Positions 58,501 to 64,000 of a stretch of 64,000 bases of DNA are shown here, one piece after another. Each line of letters opens with the position of its first letter. The stretch's first letter is position 1. The stretch is from NCBI GenBank assembly GCA_964035545.1, contig OZ037773.1, forward strand, positions 8,027,751 to 8,091,750, in the 5' to 3' direction. Both the position numbers and the translations under genes were made by a program. The DNA comes from Bugula neritina (Eukaryota > Animalia > Bryozoa). The notes under the pieces are model-generated. The model was not told the DNA's origin. It ran no database searches and saw only the letters and a program-made list of their open reading frames with translations.

Positions 58501-61500
58501 CCGAGTACTTCTGGTAGGAACTCTCTATAAGTGATTCTCTGAAGCATGGCTCCCACTATCTTCCTGGTTGTCTGCAACAAATATTTATTTGGGTTTCTCT
58601 CATGAGTATGCCACATAGAAGTCAACTTGTCTTACAGAGCTCGAGATAACAACACTATGTCTTACTGAAGCTTCATAGCTCATCATGCATATGATGTATA
58701 TAAGAGTTATAAAGTATTAGTTAGTGCCTAAACTTGCTAACTTGGCGTATAACAAAAGCATTATAATGAACATCAACACGTTTTACACTATACCTGGTAG
58801 AGTTGTTCATCGTCCCAAGCTGTGTTCAAACCTTTTAGAATTTTGGCTATCCTATTGTGCTCTCTCAGAAACAGGGTATGCAAACTAGTGAGTCCAGCTA
58901 AAACAGAAAAGGCATTTCTCTTTGAATTATCATGAAAGTTTATGGCTGACTATTTAATAGCATTAAGGGATATCACACATCTCTGATTTCTATATCAGCT
59001 TCACGCATGCAGGTTAGGTTATGATTCCTGTAAGATATGTTATAAAGTATGTTATGCATAACTTATTTCTGTAACATTTGTTCAAAGGGCTCCTAAGTCA
59101 TACCTTGTTCACTATTTCTAACATCTCCAGCGGCAAATCTACACTCTTCTACTCCAGAAAAGCAGTTGGGAGGATTTTTAGAGTCCATGGGAAGTCTTTC
59201 CTCTCCACCGACACCAGTCTGTAGCATAGTATCACATGCTATACTATGCTATACTATGCTATACTATACTATGCTATACTATGCTATACCATGCTATACT
59301 ATGCTATGTTTTACTATGCTATACTATGTTATACTATGCTATACCATGCTATGTCATACTATGCTATACTATGCTATGTTATGCTAGACTATGCTATACT
59401 ATGCTATACCATGCTATGTTATACTATGTTATACTATGCTATACTATGCTATGTTATACTAGACTATATGCTACCCCATGCTAACCTACCATTACTGCTT
59501 ACCGAAGTGTAATACATTGGGCCACTGAGTTATGACGTGTAACCATTTTTCTAATACTGAAAAGCACGCGAAATGGAGATTTTATTAGAATTAGTATTAT
59601 TATTTCATCTCAAAGCAACTAGAAAATTATTTTAAATGCTTTGTTACACTAACAAGTTGAATATTGCAGATATGAGCATCTCCCCACTTTATAATATAAG
59701 AATACAAATATTTAGTATAAACATAAATATATTATTGTAATTCAAGTTTCTTAATTTGTCCCGAAAACCAACAAATTTCCCTAGCTGCTACTTACACTTG
59801 TTTTCAGCAGACCGTCTGTAAACTGCCTCAAAGAGTTGGCTCTGATGTTGGTGCTGCCATAGATTTGAGAGCCGTCAATGTACGCTGTCAGGTCATTCAT
59901 TTGGAATCTTACTGCAAGCAAAAATGTGTCGCACATTAATGAAAAATCTGAGTAGCAACTTATTTTTATTCAAAATAATTTTTACACGGTAGTATGTGAG
60001 AATAACTATAAAACATACTACTTTTTGACTGACAAGTGAAGTTATGAACATTTCAGTATTTTCAGAAAATGCTTCCTAATAATGATTTTACAATTTATAC
60101 ATAGAAAAATTTAGACTTTGAGCAATACTGTACATAGATTTCCCAGTTAGATGTAAAATAAAAGAGGTCAGTGTAAGTTAACACAGACTAACAAGAGACT
60201 TACTTTTACGTCTGCCAGGGAGGGCAGGAACGGGGGAGGATCTAAGAAATGGTATGCAAGTTCTGGTGAATGAAGGATCTCCAGCATCAATTGGCAGAGC
60301 AAAGCACTCTCTTAGGTTGTCAACCCACAGAGACTTGGCGACGGTACAGCACTGATCTCTGTAACAAGGATGTGATGTCATATCTCATACTCATTATAGC
60401 ATGTGGCAGTATGTTTCATGCTGTATTTATGTGGTATAATCCAAATAAATACTTGTACATGCCATGGTTTTACTATTTTACATATCTTATACTAAAAGCA
60501 GCCATAACTGGCAATCATATATAGCTTCACTGTTTGTATGCAAATTTATTATAAGCTGTAGTATTAGGTGACTGGTTTGTATTGTAAGACTATAGAATGT
60601 GCTCTAGGGCTATAATAAGCCATATTCTCAAAGTAATTAACTAACCCAATAAGATAACTAACAGCTAATGTCTGCAACACTCTATCATAGTACAGTGAAC
60701 TTACTTCGGGCTCTCCACTCCTCCCTCCCCAAAAGCCTCAGGACTGAGAGTAAGATCGTGGTCTGTGAACTGCCCAAAGGTCATCATCAAGTGACTATGC
60801 TGTCTGCTAATGTTAGAAGTAGTTTCATGCACTGCAACTGAAACAGCACGGGCTGTGGGTAGGTCACCCTTTGTTCTGAAGTACGTGGATCTTGGAGCAT
60901 TCACACCTAAAGAAAACAGATGAATTTATCACTCAGAGTTTATAGCAATACAATACAAGTATTGACTTTCCATCCTTACATTATAATAATCATGAGGATT
61001 TACCAAGAATAAAAAAAATGTTATAAGTTGGGTTTGTTTAAAAAAAAATGTTTTGAAAACTAAATCTAGACTCAGTACCATCTTCATATCTGGCTCTCGA
61101 TAATCGGCGAAGGGGAGTCTTGGCAGCCCCTCTGTAAGGATTTCTAATGTTATTACAAGTTGCATTGATACGCCTGAATTCTGAACTTCTGTCTACACTG
61201 CATCTCTGGTCCAGTCGGTAAGGGTTTAGAAGTTCTAAAATAAAATATTATTTGTTTTATTATATTTTCATTAAATTATAATATTGATTCAATGGAGAAA
61301 ATTTTGAATATCTGAGCAAATGAATAACAAACAAACTATTTAAATATCTTGTCAAGTAGCAAATTATTAAAAATTTATTTGTCAATATATAAATTTATAT
61401 TTGACCGAAATGCAGTTCTGTGTTTAATGAATAATAATTGTTTTGAGCTGTCAATATGATATAAACCATTATATATATGTTCATAATATTATTATATTGC

Positions 61501-63037
61501 ATTATTAGAAATATTATTTAAAGATTTGTGTAAAAAACAACTTACAAATATTTTATATTATTTTTGTTATCAATTGAAGTCAATATTATAATTGTTTATT
61601 TATCTAGATACAAACATTCCTATTTAAAAGAAATTAAGGAGCAAGTTGACATAGCAAGTGTATGCGATAATATGATACAGTAAGTGTAATTGATGTGTTT
61701 GTATAGTAAATGTAAGCATATTTATTTAATTCATTTCATCAGTAAGTTCGAGTAGAAGTAGATAATAAAGGACGTAAGGATGTGGCTCTTTAATGTGCCG
61801 ATAGCAGAACTAGTGGAGGCCCATGGTAAGTGATAAGTTTATATATGTGATAAATGTAAGTGTCTATACTTACTATCTTCAATAGAGCCAATACGAAGTT
61901 GTGAGGGTGCTGCTTCTGGCGTACCAGCAATTGCAGCTGGAGCTCCGGGTGATGCCGTGAATGGCGCAACTGTGCCAACAACGTCCATGATGTCTGCGTC
62001 GGGCTGAGTAACTAGAGATGCTACGGCAGTTTTGAGGTTAGGGGTAGCATCTCTGGGAATATAAAAGGTGTGGTTTCATAAAACTGCTTTATCATTTAAT
62101 CTGATATTTCATATAATTATTATAATGTTTCAAAAATCAAGGGTTAGTATTTAATAAACAACATTTTGCTGCACTTATCAAACTAGCTTGCTCCTTGATT
62201 TATTTTAAATAAATAAATAAAAATAATTTAAAATTGTAGTGCTTTGCTCTGCAAGTAGTTTGACTGATTTTATAAATATATGCATATAAGTTTTTGTAAA
62301 CACAAACATAACAATAACAGACATGCTAACAAACTCCATAATAATATAATTATCTTAAGTACCACTTCATTTTATATCAAATAGTACTTCACATATTAAG
62401 TAGTACTTACAAAGTTTGATCCAATTGCAAGTAAAATATGCGAGCAAGGTTAGCCAATGAGAATCTAGGGTCATCAGGTTCATTTACGGAGTTGTGGATC
62501 CTGTGTCTCTCACTGATCAGGGTGGCGCTGAAATACCCCGCAAAAAGTTATACACTATCAAATAAACTCATAAGCTATCATAAGAAACTTTCTTAAACTA
62601 TTTTATATTTGTTGAAAATCTTGTATTTTGATAGTTTTTTAAACTAAACTACTTACTTTTTGTTTACATAAGACGTCTTAAGTTTGACTTATTAAACAAG
62701 AAAATCAAAAGTGACCTTTTTATATATTTCACTTAAATTTAAAATTCCGTAAAAAAATTATAAAAATAAAATAGCTGTGTGTCAAGTGTTTTTCTAAAAT
62801 TTGATTAACAATTACTTTTTCTAAACTATTTTGTGACAAGATTTACGCAAGTATATGTGTGATTTGATTGAGTAAAATAATTACAAAAATAACAAAATGT
62901 AATATTCTAAATATCAGAGGCACTATGAGATGCTGTGCACAATAAATAATGTGGAGTACTTACGAGCAAGATGATATAATCAGAGCAAGCACAAGAGAGT
63001 TTGAGAGTGCCTTAGGGCACCTGCTAACACCCTTCAT
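55535..63037 (-). CDS. Secreted animal heme peroxidase, copy B (tandem paralogue)
   Basis: Signal exon 63037-62964 ([25 protein letters not shown]), 62527-62411, 62052-61874, ~61233-61079 (RRINATCNN), ~60906-60705 (FGQFTDHD), ~60358-60204, ~59911-59796 ([12 protein letters not shown]), ~59218-59104 (GDVRNSEQ), ~58897-58794, ~58571-58414, ~58179-58055 (AAFRFGHS), ~57690-57620, ~57454-57360, ~57067-56940, ~56653-56516, ~56091-55989, ~55595-55535. Same intron structure as copy A. Confidence 0.92.
59236..59472. repeat. Pentamer satellite (ATGCT/ATACT)n
   Basis: ~47 pentamers next to the acceptor at ~59219 in peroxidase copy B. Confidence 0.93.
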
Positions 63038-63122
63038 ATTATTACTATAATATTAGATATAAAGACAAGTAGTCAGTATTTAGTATATAGAAAGCTGTTA
63101 TTCTATCTGTGGATCAGATTTC

Positions 63123-63157
63123 AAATGAAAGACAAACTCTAACAGACACCTTTTATA
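63123..63157 (-). promoter_or_regulatory. TATA box + initiator of peroxidase copy B
   Basis: Minus strand TATAAAA at 63157-63151 and TCATTT at 63128-63123; the TATA T lies 31 nt upstream of the Inr A (63126), 89 nt before the ATG at 63037. Confidence 0.7.
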
Positions 63158-63876
63158 CTCTGTTCAATGAGGAAATGCCATCTCTTGCGTTTTAGCTCTG
63201 ATGTCACTTTTCTAGCTACTGTGGGTTCCCATTTCCTAATCGTAGCAAACAATCATAGCAATTAATCACCAAGCTGATAAATTATTGGCTAATTGAAACG
63301 ATGTGGTAAAATGGTCTGATGGGTTGATTCTAAAGCTATATTATATATCTTTCAAACATAGAGCAAAGTGTAACACACTGCATACAAGCAGATAGTTATT
63401 CTAATTCTATATTCATTACAGATATTACTATTCAATTTATGATTTTGAGTTCGACTTTGTCTATTTTTATACAGTGCACTACTTTGGCTAAAACGTTAAC
63501 CCCATTATGATATATAATTTGCTAGATTCTAGTGTGAACTAATTACATAAAATAATAACTACTGCCAAGCTAGTGTGAGGCCGATTAGCTGTGATAGACA
63601 GCAGACGCTTCAGCTTATGCCTTCCCCCTCCATGCATCGGCATAATATATTGCACATCATGCTAAGGTAATATCTGAAAACATCAGAGGTTCATATTTTG
63701 AAAAAATAAACCTTTCTCCAAGGGTTGTGTCTGAGGTATTTAAATACTTCAGGGAAGGCAAGTTATTGAAAAGGATGTAAAAAATAAAGCTACAATTTAA
63801 TTTCTTTTATGTTTGCATTGAAAAACAAGTTAATTAATCACGAGCAATAATATCAGTAGTTAGTCTTTTGACATAC

Positions 63877-63891
63877 CAGGGTGGCCAAACT
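63877..63891 (+). mobile_element. Possible hAT-like terminal inverted repeat at the window edge
   Basis: CAGGGTGGCCAAACT resembles hAT termini; no partner TIR in the window. Confidence 0.25.
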
Positions 63892-64000
63892 TGACAATGT
63901 CTATCAAAAAATTGAGACTTGAAGCCTTTCAATAATAAATTCCATAACTTAAATGCCAAAACCTGTGTTTGCGTGGTTAGGAAATGCTTTGGTGAATTTT

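Noticed and set aside
59166-59512. Three overlapping Tyr/Cys/Met-rich ORFs
   Set aside because: Pentamer satellite on the non-coding strand of a peroxidase intron.
63150-63181. Upstream exon with in-frame TGA (selenocysteine/readthrough) for peroxidase B
   Set aside because: The segment is better explained as the TATAAAA box with an Inr 31 nt downstream, and an in-frame ATG at 63037 supplies the signal peptide.

Overview
AT-rich, intron-rich eukaryotic (invertebrate-animal-like) genomic DNA; no prokaryotic features. Genes rebuilt by hand from splice sites and reading phase: (+) two tandem ABCG/white-type half-transporters (1430-9673, 14659-23112), a secreted thrombospondin type-1 repeat protein (24992->26520) and a RING/partial B-box/beta-propeller TRIM-like gene (30413-32768); (-) two tandem secreted animal heme peroxidases (47466-33869, 63037-55535), with a candidate unannotated 97-aa cationic secreted peptide gene between them (52446-50197). 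The most striking non-genic element is a young, 5'-truncated Penelope-like retroelement inside a (TA)n tract (28624-29454). It has two identical 189-bp inverted pseudo-LTRs, each carrying an intact minimal type I hammerhead ribozyme, around a GIY-YIG endonuclease C-terminal remnant. A second theme is repeated tandem amplification of splice-donor sites: a ~30-copy donor array in ABCG copy 1 and 2-9 copy duplications in other genes. Also present: two GC-AG introns, microexons, patchy near-identity between paralogues, tRNA-derived SINE-like elements, foldback/MITE elements and many mini/microsatellites. Exon boundaries were read by eye and may be off by a few nt.
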